From the NCBI RefSeq assembly GCF_964355755.1, contig NC_092673.1, positions 17,171,648-17,235,647 on the forward strand: DNA of 64,000 nt, in the 5' to 3' direction. The position numbers and the translations under genes are program-made. Positions 1 through 12,450 of the stretch are shown piece after piece. The notes below the pieces were generated by a model, which saw nothing but the letters and a program-made list of their open reading frames with translations, was not told the DNA's origin and ran no database searches. Source of the stretch: Antedon mediterranea (lineage: Eukaryota > Animalia > Echinodermata). The first letter of the stretch is position 1; each line of letters begins with the position of its first letter.

Positions 1-359
1 CAACTATACATTATTTGGGCTGCTTTGTGAAATGCGTATTAGACTCAATACTCCAATATGCCTCTTCAAAGTTAGCTTGGATATCGCTCCTACTAGATGT
101 ATGTTGATATAATGTATTAATCCTCAACAAGTAAACAAAAGCTGTTGGGTGATAATGTGTTTTGTATGTCATGATCTACTGTATAAACACTTTTACAACA
201 GGCCTACGCAGTTAGTTAAAATATACTTTTTAAATCTAAATGCCCTGAAAAAATTATTTCAGACAGATATTTTAACAGGAGAGATTTAATGTTTAGCATT
301 TTTGTTTTAAGAGAGGCATAATTGACTTGATTGGTAAATGAAGACGGTGTATTTTTAAA

Positions 360-3300
360 ATGGAGAGGTATGGTTTTTCAAATTTATTTAAAATACGAAT
401 AAACTAACTTTCAATTATTTGTTGCTACTTATTTTACTTTTTTAAATTTCATTTTGATGGCGCTTTTAACAAAGTGTCAACAAAAAAATATATATCAAAA
501 GACCATAGAGATGTATTGTCCTCCAAAAACATGACAAAATGAAGATTAATTAAATCAGACTTTGAATAGGTAGTTTTAATAAAGTAAATCTCTTCCATAG
601 AAAAGAAAAACAAACAAAAAAATTTTTTCACTTACAAAATAAATGGTTAAATTTAACTAGAAACCTATTGGCTGGCTGCCAGCCAATTTGACTGTTTTTT
701 GGTTTAAATTACAGTTGTTTCAGGTAAATAATGTTTTTTTCTATTCAATTGTGGATAACTATTATGTGACAATAAAATGGCATATTCAACAAAAAAATGT
801 TTAGAATTATTTTTTCAGGGGGACAATACATCTTTAAGTATGAAAAAAATTCAAATTTAAACATGCAATCAGGCCTGTCATGAACACTGACATCATCTGG
901 CATTCATTTGGTCATCTCACTTTCTAGATCTTAAGAGATCTTAAGTGGACTTTTTGAAAGTGTAAAGTTAGGTTGACTTACAGTAAAGGGCAATTTGTAT
1001 ATTATTTCAATATAGAAATAGGTAATTCCAAACCTTTTAGGATAATATAGAAGTTTATAACTTTCATTTTGACAGGAACAATTTAGAAAAAGCTTTGGTC
1101 AGGAATGATTTGGAAACAGTTGAACGACTTTGTAGGACGCAACCAGATCTTGTGAAAACTATCGATGAGGTATAACTAAATATAATCAGACTTTGAATAG
1201 GCCTTGGCAGTTTTAATAAGTTATTCACTTCCATAGAAAAAAAAAATTTTTCTTTTACTAAAAACCATTGTCTGATGGACAACTTGACGATTTGTTGCTT
1301 AAATTACAGTTTTAATTTTTTTTATGATCCAATTTTGGTCAAAGTGATTTGAACATTCTTTTAAATAAAATTTTATGAAATTCACATTTTTGCTATTACT
1401 ACTTGCCTTAATAATAGGCTTTTTCATTTTCCCTCTTGTCTTTTCTATATTAAAAAATTTGTATTTAAAGATGTATTGTCCCCCTGAAAAAAATTATTAA
1501 AACTTTTTTGTTGAATATGTCATTTTAATGTCACATAATAGTTATCCACTTTGACCAAAAATTAGATTAAAAAAATATATATTTACCTGAAATAACTGTA
1601 ATTTAAAGCAAAAAAATAGTCAAATTGGTGGCCAGCCAATTGATTTTTGGTTGAATTTAACCATTTATTTTGTCATTTTATTTAATTTTTTTTTTCTACG
1701 GAAGTACACAATAACCTATTCAAGTCTGATCTAATTAATCTTCATTTTTCATGTTTTCATGTTTCTAAACTTTACTTAAAATGACCTCGGTGATAATAAC
1801 TGATAATTTATCAATAAAGATGACAATTAAGATCATTTACTACAGTACAGTACATTATTTAATAATTGTTGTATTGACAGAAATCCAATTTCACACAATG
1901 TCTGTTTATGATTATGATTCCTTTACAGGATGGAAACATTCCACTGTATGTATATTTGAGTGGTGACCTAATTAACCCTACTTTAGCAATCATAAATTGT
2001 CTCTTAAATCATGGTGCATCAGCAACATTGCAAAATAAGGTAATTTACATAGATTTTCGTGAACCATTCTATTTTTTATTTCAATAATGACGATTAGAAT
2101 TAGAATTGTTTACTAAATTACTGTATTTAGCAGTAATTGTTACTATATTGACAAAATAAACATCATCTGTTGTCAGTATTATTTATAAACTTCATGATTA
2201 TGATTCCTTTACAGGATGGAAACACTCCACTGCATGTATATCTGAGTGATGATAGACAAATACAACCTACTTTAGAAATAGTGACATCCCTTGTTGCATC
2301 AGCAACATTACAAAATAAGGCAATTTATTTTCTTTGAATAATGACAAGATTATTTGTTACATTGTTTTGCTGTAATGGTTGCAATAATTTCCATTGACAG
2401 AAAACCAATTACACATTTGTAATGTAAACTCTAAACTCTTTACTATATTTTATGTTTATTTTTATATACCTCTTTATCAACTCAAACCTATGATACTGTA
2501 GGACAATTTAATACAGTACCTATATTACCATGTTGGTAATGATTTTTCTTTATGTTTTTGCAAATAGTTTAAGAACCTGTATCCGTCATATAATGTATTG
2601 TTTTGATGTATTATGTTAAATTGGATGCACCACTTCTGTGTGTGCCACCGATGCAAAGGTGTCATTTCCTAATAAATTATTATTATTATTATTATTACAT
2701 AAACGCTATTATTAGTATTTATAAACCTCATATATTATGATTCTTTTACAGGATGGGAACACTCCATTACATGTATATCTGAGTGGTGAATTTAATCATA
2801 CCTTAGAAATAGTGACTTGTCTTGTACAGCACAGTACATCAACCACATTGCAAAATAAGGTATTATAAAATTGCTAATGTAAGCTAACATTCTTTATCTA
2901 CTGCAGTAAACTTTTATATTTTTCTTTTATATCAATAATGACAATTTACGATTACTACATAATTTAGCAGTAATTGTTGCTATAGTTTGTATTGACAGAT
3001 AACATTTTTTTGTCTGTTTTCAGTATTTATAAACTTTATAATTATGATTTCTTTACAGGATGGGGACACTCCATTACATGTATATCTGAGTGATGGATTT
3101 AATCATACCTTAGAAATAGTGACTTGTCTTGTACAGCAATGTACATCAGCAACCATGCAAAATAAGGTAATGTACAGAGATTTAGATCTGTTGTGGTAAA
3201 CCATTCTATTGTTTAAATAATGACAATATTATTTACTAAATTACTTATCCAATAATTGTTGTATTTAAAGAGAAACACTTTCGTTCGCTTACCCTCTAGG

Positions 3301-6300
3301 AGTTCACAAAAACATGACCACGACCCAGGAAATCAGAAACCCGGGCCAGACCTATGCATATTACATATGATTACTGAATTATACATTTTTTTTTTTGGTG
3401 AAATTTCATGAGGGGTACCCAACTTGCGTACAAAAACCAAAATATAGCGACCTGGGTAGTAAAGCTAGTGTGATTATTTGGAAGTAACAGAGTTGAGGTT
3501 GGTAACAGAAAGGCTGTTTAGGACTGTTGTTATGACATCTTGATGACGTTGTAAGAATGTTAAAATGCAGGTTTTTCTTGGGCATAGTATAATCAGCGAT
3601 ATTACAGAAATTATGAATAGGGAAACAGAACTATAATATTTGGCAGTGTATGAGATTTGATTCCCAGATCTGAGCCTGCTACTGAGAATGAGTATGATGA
3701 GACGCAAAATATCATTTATGATTAATTATGTCTATTGACCACACACATCATAAGAATATAATTTTAAACATTTTGCAAATTGATAATGTGTTACCTGAAA
3801 CATAAAATAATAGACTTTATGGTACACAGGAGGGAAAGTCAATGCATCAATCACTAACACAGTCTGAGTGGTTATGTTATGTGCAATTTGAACGACTTGC
3901 GCAATTTGAAATTGCTCAATGATTTCCTTAAGTATTTGATTATCAAAACGCATTTTACATATTACAGATGTCTGTTATCAATATTTTAAAAGTCATGACT
4001 ATGATTCCTTTACAGGATGGAAACACTCCATTACATGTATATCTGAGTGGCAATTATGACCCTACCTTAGAAATGGTGACATGTCTCCTAAATCAGGATG
4101 CTTCAACAACATTGCAAAATAAGGTAATTTATAGGAAATTTTCAGTGTAATAGGCTAACAATCTATATCTTCTGCGGTAAACATTCTCCTCCCCCCCCCA
4201 CTCATTTTATCATAGGCCACAAGACATTCTATTGTTTCTGATGTTATTCTATAATTTGTTAATGTTATACAATGTTAATTGTATGGTTCACATCTCATCA
4301 AAAGTTCTCTAAAATGTGTGGCAATTTTGATACCTTTTATACCCCCTTTGCTCATAGGGTGTACAATTGTATATGTAATTCTCTGACACATATCTCTATG
4401 ATTCATTGTACAAAATTAAATAAATTATTGAGGTGCCCATACACCATATTTGTAGTGGGCCCTTTTAAGCCTCAGTTGAATTAGACAATCAAAAATGGCA
4501 ACTCCTGTGGCAGGCCATTGCTCAAATAAACTGGATATTTTGTGGAGTACATTTGATATAGTCCACAATATCAACTTTCAAAATGTTTACAGCTATTGCA
4601 AACAATTCACATAATGTCTGTTGTCATTATTTATAAACTTTATGATTATAATTCCTTTCCAGGATGGAAACACTCCATTACATGTATATCTGAGTGATAG
4701 ATATCACCCTACCTTAGAAATGGTGGCTTATCTGAAACAGCATGGTGCACCAGTAACATTGCAAAATAAGGTAATGTAAAAAGAATTGTCAGGACAATCA
4801 GCTGCGGAAACATTTTTTTTGTTTCGTTGTTTATCAATAATGGCAATTATTATTAGATTATTTAGATTTACATATGTGAACTTTATTCAATCAATCGTAC
4901 ATTTTTTTAGGTGTCTAGAAAACTCAGATCTCGGATATACCTGAGTTTTCTAGATCTAGAAAACTCGGATATCTGACTTTTCTAGTTCCAAAATGGAGTT
5001 TTCTAGACACCCCATTTTTTGGTATTATAATGGTAAACATAAAGTGTATTTACAGTGATTTTTACCAAAAAAAATATTAATTATAAAATATATATATTGA
5101 TTATTTACAGTAATGATAATAATAAGAATGAATTTAATTATATTGACTATAATTTTTTTCGGTATTTATTTATAATGGTAACCATAATAACGTGTATTTA
5201 CAGTGTTTTTTACTTTTAATAGAAATAGTAAATACTATTCTCGTCTAAATTTAATATTTTGTCCAACGCAGCCAATGATGCTCTATCAACCAATCACTAG
5301 ACAGTAAATGTTTGAGCCATGATATGATACTGTATCAATTAAATAATATTCTGATACTTCTCTAAACTCATTTTTATAGGAAGGAAATACACCCATCTCT
5401 GTTTTGAAAAATAACAAGCAGATACAGGACCAAGAAAAAAATGAAATTTTAAATTTTTTTGAAAGTAAGTGAAGTTTTAATTATCAAGATTTTGGGGTAA
5501 ACCAATTTTCATTGCAAAGGACAGATGTTCAATTTCTTTTTCCAATGCTTTGATAAACTGATTTTGAAAATGTTCTCATACTGACCATATGATGAGCTCT
5601 GTAAATTGTGTGCATGTACGGTATCCATGCATTGTGCTATTGAAAAACTCTTTAAACTTATAGAGAATCATTGTGAGGATGTAGGTAATTTAATTATAAT
5701 TTCTGAACCATGCCTTATATAGATGTGAATGAATTATGCACATTTACAGGTTTGATAGTTTTCTTCTTTCATTAGCATTGACTATAATCACAAATGATAC
5801 AGTCATTAAAAATACAATTCACGGGGTAGGGGTACAAAAACGGTTTTTAGAGTCAAAGTAATATTGATGGATAATATGGTGCATAATTAGCAAGCAAGGT
5901 GATTGTTTACAACTGGAAATGTTTTGTGATCGATTAGGAGCTACCTGTTTCAGAGCATAGATTTCATTTTTATGAGTTATTATAGGGGTCAAAAGGCTAT
6001 TATTGACCTCTCAATAATTTATTTTGGGATCAATTGCTTTCCCTGACAAACCTGTTTCTGTGTATAAGTAGTGCGTCATTAATGCACTACAAGACCAACA
6101 TATGATATATTAGGGACTTTTAGATTTGAGTGAACGTGAACTAAATCCACGTCCACATGGGTCGTAGTCGACTGTTACTCGTCGACAGATATATGAGCGC
6201 AACCTTTTTTGACTCCGACCCTTGATCCTATTTTGGTAATTCTCGCGACCCAACATTGCGTATTTGAGCCACAGACCTGCCATGTTAAGTGACACCCATA

Positions 6301-9300
6301 GATGGCCGGAAATGGTACTGTCGCACGTAAAAATCCATATAAAAGGCACCTCTAGTCCACTATAATAATAGCGCGCTCGCAATTGGCAAAAGGATCGTAG
6401 CCTACTTTTTCCGCCGGTACACACATTTGTGTTCAATGCTAACATCCCGAACCATAAAAAGTTCCCCTGGCTAGGAACAACATCGCTATGAGTGTAATTT
6501 GGGAGGGACCTGTTTCTATTGAATGTTCATTGTAAATGTTCCCACCGCCGGTACATCAAAGGATGCACTTTTTCAGTCAAGTTACACACTCATTGCAAAC
6601 TACAGAACAATAGCGTCATAGAACCAGTTGGTAGATTATTAAATCCACGCCCTAAAAGGGGATTCCCCACTTGTATATTAGCAACCAACTATGTGTCAAA
6701 AGCGTCCATTGGCCCGTCGTCAATTCCCAATTGTGTGTACGCTACTCGCCTCAAAAAAAAAACTGTAGATGTAAAATATAATTAGCCTTTGTAGATTACC
6801 TTTCACATCTAGATCAGTTTATACTTTCTAAAAGGTTTCAGTATCTGAAACATTCTCGATCCATCAATTTGTTTTCGCGACCCAAACATTGGGTCTTGAC
6901 CCATAGGTTGCGGAACAGCGGTTTAGATTAAGTGGATATTTATGTTGACGTGCCAGTGAACTTATGACGTAATGACCTTGGGATCATCTGACCTTGTAAT
7001 CTCTAGCAGCGCTCGTATAAAGTATTATACAAAATTGGGAGAAACATATAAAAAAGGAAGTCTCATATGATGATATATGATATGATAATATGATTAAGAT
7101 GATAATGACATAGAAGTTGGTGATATTGAGGATATTACTCAAAAATTTAGGATTTATAAAACAAAGAATATACTGTAACTTATTATTATAGGAATAAAAT
7201 AATTAGAGTGAGTAGTTTTTTTGTAGTTGTTTCTAAAAGCTGATTATAGATATAGAAAATTGTTGAATTGAATTAATATTATAATCATATTCAAACACTG
7301 ATGATGATTTAAACAATACTTATAACAATGCTGAATTTATTACTTAAAATTGAAAATGATTTTGTGGACTTTCTTGAATTTTTATTCATAAATCTTAAAA
7401 CAGTAATTATGATAAGAATGCTATCTACTGAATTTATTACTTAAAATGGGAAATTATTTTGTGGTGTTTCAAGTAATAATATTCAAATAATGATTGTGAT
7501 GCTAATCTATTGAATTTATTGCATTGGAAAATATTGCTCTGTTTTATGAATTTATATTTATTATTCATAATCTTTAAAAAGCAATTACAATTTCCACAAT
7601 AATCATGATAAGTGTTATAGTGTAGGCCACTATGTAATTTCGTGTCATTTTTTTGTTAAAAGCAAAATTCCAGCTGATTTAGTGTCTTTAGGATGTAAAG
7701 TAATGAAAAAAATATGTTGCCATTTTTTTAAAAAAGCTTAAGGGTGTCAAATCCAAGATGGCCGCCAATACGTAAAATATCCAATAAATGTACCATATTG
7801 GACAAAGTAACACCCATTATGAATAATATTTTAAGTTCATATGGGTTCTCTGCTATATAAGAATTATTATAAACTTATATTCATTAGTATTCTGACATTT
7901 TGAATTTCAAAATCGCCGCCATTTTTAAAAAATGGATTAAATTTCTTATTAAAACATGTGCAAGTTATGACGTTGATTGAAATCACATAAAATGATAGGC
8001 CTATGCCAACAACATTGGTGATTAACACAAAATGGCGGCCATTTTGAATTTTAAAATGGCCGCCATTTTTTAAAAATGGGTTAAATTTCTTATTAAAACT
8101 TGTATAAGTTAAATAAAATTAGATTGAAATACATATACAAAATGATATGCTTATGACAACAACATGGTGATTAACACAAAATGTACAGTACTGACAGAAC
8201 ACTTCTTCATATTAAAACATCTCATAAATTTCTTCAGTTAAATGACAACTAACTCTGCCAAAGTCCTTCAATTAAATATTTCTAATCTTGAATGCGATAC
8301 AGTAAGTTGACCTTCCTTCGTTCTCTACTACTGTATCCATCGAACTTCCACAGACTGATCTGCGTTCCCAACAACCTTGTTCAGAAACAAATTGGCAAAA
8401 TAACTGAAATACCTCATTTCACCGGCAAATAATCTCTATGGGAGTCTTCTTTTACTTTGATAAGTTTGTCACCTGTATTCACAGTCATATATATTTTTTG
8501 CCAATATTCGTCTTTTTCTTAGGATCCCATATAGACAGTTTTCCTTCTACAAGACTTTTACCAATGCCTCAAACATTTTCTGTCCAATTTCATCATGCCA
8601 TGGCCAACAAACACCTTTGTGCGAATTGCAGCATTCTTCATTAATCGGGATATCATCTCTCTTTAAATGTTAACTAGATTTGCCAGCTCTGATGAAATCA
8701 TTAATTTGTGTTATTCCAATGATACTACGCTCAATGACCCTGATCAATTGATGTAAATCCAGCAAGTCCCACACATACATGTCCTCTCATATACATAGGG
8801 ATATAGTTTAACCACATCATTTAGATTTCGTCGACTCTCTGTATTCAAGTTAATATCTTTATGATCAGCCTCTTTCAAACAAAATGATACTTAACTTAGA
8901 ATGTCTTTCTCTGTCTGCATTTGAAGAAGCAAGTTGTAGAGAGAAAGCAGAATTAGTGTGCTTTTGTCCTTTAGAGATGTTTTCCATTTAAGATATTTGT
9001 GTAACTGGTTGTATAGGTAATACAAGTCCACAAAAGCACTTGCTCAACACTATTTTCACAATGCTACATGTCCAAAAGCCATATAGTTTACCGGGTCGAC
9101 ATAATAATTGCTTTTTGATGTCATCTCTGTCCACCTCCACTCATCTCGGGCAGGAGTCATCACCAGGCATTCTTGTCTTTCCCTAGTACACGAGTTTTTA
9201 TACCACAACCATGTGCACTCATCAAACCAGTGTATAATGCTGGTCTGTCTGTAGGGGGTACATATCTAATGAAATTGGTTGAGATTGCAGAAGATGAGAA

Positions 9301-11330
9301 GTAGGAGTTCATTCATTTACAATGTTATTTATAGGCAGAGCTGTATCTGTATTTCCTTCAAGCTTCTGCCAAAAGTTGACAGGTTGAAAACTTACCAACC
9401 ACTATACTGGTGACTATGGCCCTGAAGGTTCAGACATTGAATTACATAGCAATAACGAATTTATTATTTACCATATTTATACAGGATTTCACAATAAGGT
9501 ATAAATGCACTTGTTTTATATTGTGGTCCTGTCTCCTGTCAAGTTTCAGTTTCATGAAAAGAAATGAGATCTGTAATTTAGAATCTATATATAAATTATG
9601 GTTAATTCTGATATATATAGGCGAGCACAATGGAAAAACTTTTGAACAAATTTCTGCCTTGGATACCTTCCTGAACTATCTCAGGTGTACCGCAAAATGT
9701 AACACAGTTTTCACTATTACGATATTGTTCCATATTTCTATCTTAGGAATATATTATAAAGAGTTTTAAAACAAAACTTCTGATTCATCGGTAGATTTAC
9801 AACTCAATTTTAATTACGCGTACGCGGTCAAAGTAATTTCCGAGTTCACGATGAGTTCACAGGTTCACCTTGCAACTACCTGGTTTCAGTTAAGTTGGTC
9901 GTTAGTGGCTATAGCTATTTTAGTTTTTTGTTTATTTTCGGATCGGACCGCGCGTGTGAAGGTACAGTAGTTAAAAAATAAAATCCCGATAGCCGAGTTT
10001 TATTGAGTAAGCTGGCAGGAATAACTGTAGGCTATCTGTGTCCCATTAGGGCCCATATTGCAAGCCATCTAATATAAAACATCTTCCTTCTTGGGCCGAA
10101 ACGGCCTACACTGTCACGGAAGTTAGTTTCAAAAAATGTTTAAATTAAATAATGTATTATGATGGTATTTATTTGAATAAACGCCTCCCCAATAAAACAT
10201 CACTTTGAATAATAATCGCCTACACCCACCCCACCCCACCTACCTATCTAATAAACGCCCATCCACATTAATTATACACACAATATTGTATATACTATTT
10301 ATAATAGAATTCATTACACTGTTAACTATAATTTTTTATAATTTTTTACCACTTTTCCTATCTATTAGAGGATTTTATTTCTCTTTATATCTATTTATAT
10401 CTCCCTCAAATGAACTCTGCCTCCCCACCTCCGCCCTATAAAACAATAAACACTATACTTTAAAATGTTATTAATCATCTAAGACACTGTGAAACAGAGT
10501 AGGTTTAGTTTTTCGAATGTCAAGCATTTTCAATAATGATAACCGACAGAAAACGTACAAGGAGAACGTCCTTCTAAAACCTTTTTACCCGAGTCATTAT
10601 CATTCCGAGAACCTTCGTTTACACTTCCTAGAGGGGAGCGAGCAAACTAGAGGTCTAACCCTCTAGTTAGACGTAATTGTTGTCGAATATTTGATATAAA
10701 TTGTTAAGTTGTTCCATACTTTTGCAACTCCAACTTTGAACGATTATTTAATTTAATAGTCATAGTGGGGTATTATATATCTGTTATAGAGGACATTGAC
10801 AACTTTAGCCTTATATTTACAATTTACAATCCTGTGAGAAGTGACAATTTTAGAACATTGTGTACAAACAACAATTTATGCACACATATTTTTAAAAAAA
10901 TATTTAAAGAATTTAATTTTTAGTGGCGGCCATTTTGAAATCCAAGATGGCCGACAGATTATCGCTTTACATAGTTAGGATTGTATAATGGGTACAGTAA
11001 TACCATCAAAACGGACTTGTTCCACATTCATAATTTGTATTATTGGTGATATTCTGATTTTTAATAGGGTTATTTGAATGTTGGCGGCCATCTTGAATTT
11101 GGTCCTTTAAATGTCTTTTGAAAAAATGGCAACATATTTTTTTTCATTCCTTATATTATCAAGATATGAAATAAAGTCAAAGTTTGCTTTTAACAAAAAA
11201 TATACACGACATTCATATAAACGACATACCAGCCTACACTATTATACTAAATTTATTGATACTGTTTTTTATCCATATAGATCTCTCAGAGGATGATGAT
11301 GAAGACTTAGTCACAGACTTAGTCCAATGA
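360..11330 (+). CDS. Ankyrin-repeat protein, copy 1 (10 coding exons, ~294 aa: N-cap + 6 one-exon ankyrin repeats + C-cap + acidic tail)
   Basis: Manual splicing. 360-367 (ATG GAG AG|gt). 1076-1169 (NNLEKALVRNDLETVERLCRTQPDLVKTIDE). 1929-2039 (DGNIPLYVYLSGDLINPTLAIINCLLNHGASATLQNK). 2215-2319 (DGNTPLHVYLSDDRQIQPTLEIVTSLVASATLQNK, GC donor). 2752-2859 (DGNTPLHVYLSGEFNHTLEIVTCLVQHSTSTTLQNK). 3059-3166 (DGDTPLHVYLSDGFNHTLEIVTCLVQQCTSATMQNK). 4016-4123 (DGNTPLHVYLSGNYDPTLEMVTCLLNQDASTTLQNK). 4663-4770 (DGNTPLHVYLSDRYHPTLEMVAYLKQHGAPVTLQNK). 5380-5464 (EGNTPISVLKNNKQIQDQEKNEILNFFE, phase 1). Candidate last exon 11281-11330 (NLSEDDDEDLVTDLVQ*, AATAAA at 11334). Phases are all compatible and the GxTPLH...LEIV..L..HGA ankyrin consensus is present. 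The last exon is the least certain. Confidence 0.85.
508..836. mobile_element. MITE with AGATGTATTGTCC...GGACAATACATCT termini
   Basis: Terminal inverted repeat is visible. A second copy lies inverted at ~1466-1758 and a partial copy at ~1185-1330. Confidence 0.65.
1466..1758. mobile_element. Same MITE family as 508-836, inverted orientation
   Basis: taaagatgtattgtccccctgaaaaaaa...ttgttgaatatg is the reverse complement of 780-836. Similarity continues to ctattcaagtctgatctaattaatcttcattt. Confidence 0.65.
4910..5011. mobile_element. ~100-bp palindromic MITE
   Basis: GGTGTCTAGAAAACTC at 4910 and GAGTTTTCTAGACACC ending at 5011, with internal copies of the same motif. Confidence 0.6.
7618..11241. 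mobile_element. DNA transposon, Academ-like (TAG termini, 3-bp TSD), decayed, copy 1; sits in the last intron of ankyrin gene 1
   Basis: TIR TAGTGTAGGC...GCCTACACTA with long imperfect arms and TTA on both sides. A highly similar copy lies at 23296-26817. The superfamily call rests on termini and TSD only; no intact transposase is visible. Confidence 0.7.
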
Positions 11331-11565
11331 TTCAATAAACATGGACATTTGATTCATACAATTGTTAGATGACGTTAAAGTGTTGAAAAGTGATACCAGT
11401 ACAATCTATCTGTTAACTCTTTTATCTGCGAATTGATTAGTGATTTGGTTGCGATTTAATGTTAGCGTGTCATACCTCAATGTACAATAGCGTAGGTACC
11501 TTGGTATCCCAGAATTAAAACACACTAGTTATTGTCTGTGGTGTTTTCTTTCCAAAAAAAATTAC

Positions 11566-11746
11566 TGTCCCCTTATAATAGGATTAAATCAACCATTTGG
11601 CCCTCTCAAACGTGTCCCTGTCCCTTTAATAGGATTAAATCAACCATTTGGCACTCTCAAACCTGTCCCTGTCCCTTTAATAGGATTAAATCAACCACTT
11701 GGCACTCTCAAATGTGTCCCTGTCCCTTTAAAAGAGGTGTCCCCTG
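11566..11746. repeat. 54-bp tandem repeat (~3.3 copies), probably a Tc1/pogo MITE end
   Basis: Unit tgtccctttaataggattaaatcaaccatttggcactctcaaacctgtccc is repeated and ends at ggagttggctgta. Confidence 0.6.
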
Positions 11747-12179
11747 ATTAGGAGTTGGCTGTAGTGTTAAAACATATATTTCCCCTCGTTTTATGAGAAA
11801 GTGTCCCCTGAATGGGGGTGTACTAAAGAAGGGGTTTACTCCAGTAGTAAAGAGGAGGGGTGTGTCCCCTGAATAAAGGTGTCCTAAAGAAGGGGTTTAC
11901 TCCAGTAGTAAAGAGAGTTCTACTGTTGAAAGATTTATTATAAGATTTCAGCGTACTAAACGGTACATGAATGTTAGCAACAAAAAAAAGAGGACAAAAC
12001 AAAATAACAATACTGGAATATTACAAAAAATAACAGTAGGCCTACAAAACTCAAAAAATCATGCTACCCAAAAATATACATGGGTGGGTATAAAACATTG
12101 CTACTGTTCCTGCAGGCATTACCTATTGCTATATTTAGAGATAAGACCATTTTAACTGTTTTTATATTTTGTTGTGCAT

Positions 12180-12450
12180 TTATATTAAAATCTCTATGTT
12201 GAGATTACAGGCAAAAATCAAACGACCAACATACTTTTTTTTAAAAATAAGTAATTGGTTTAAGGAAGAAGAATATGTGCTACCCTCAATGCCATAAACG
12301 AATAATGGATTAATAAATGAATTGTAGATTATAATTAGCATGTCTTGAGGAACAAAATATCTCAACTTAAATAATATGCCTATTTTTTTTTATTACATTT
12401 TGTAATAAACTATGAATATTATTTTTCCATGAAAGAAATTGATCAAACAA
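12180..12450 (-). pseudogene. Degenerate CR1/L2-type LINE ORF2 C-terminal remnant
   Basis: The ORF text RYFVPQDMLIIIYNSFINPLFVYGIE..STYSSSLNQL resembles KHTFPRRILLSLYNSLILPHLYYCNIIW in the LINE at 54641-55258. Confidence 0.55.

Noticed and set aside
3968-4150. 60-aa ORF as a stand-alone gene
   Set aside because: It is exon 4016-4123 plus read-through into the flanking introns.
6110-6800. GC-richer block with 111-aa and 88-aa ORFs
   Set aside because: It shares gacacc.tagatggccggaaat with ~57297, so it is probably repeat-derived. I could not define its ends or any domain.
8200-9400. Possible transposase or captured gene inside the Academ-like element
   Set aside because: Minus-strand frames are short and interrupted in both copies, and I could not recognise a domain without a search.
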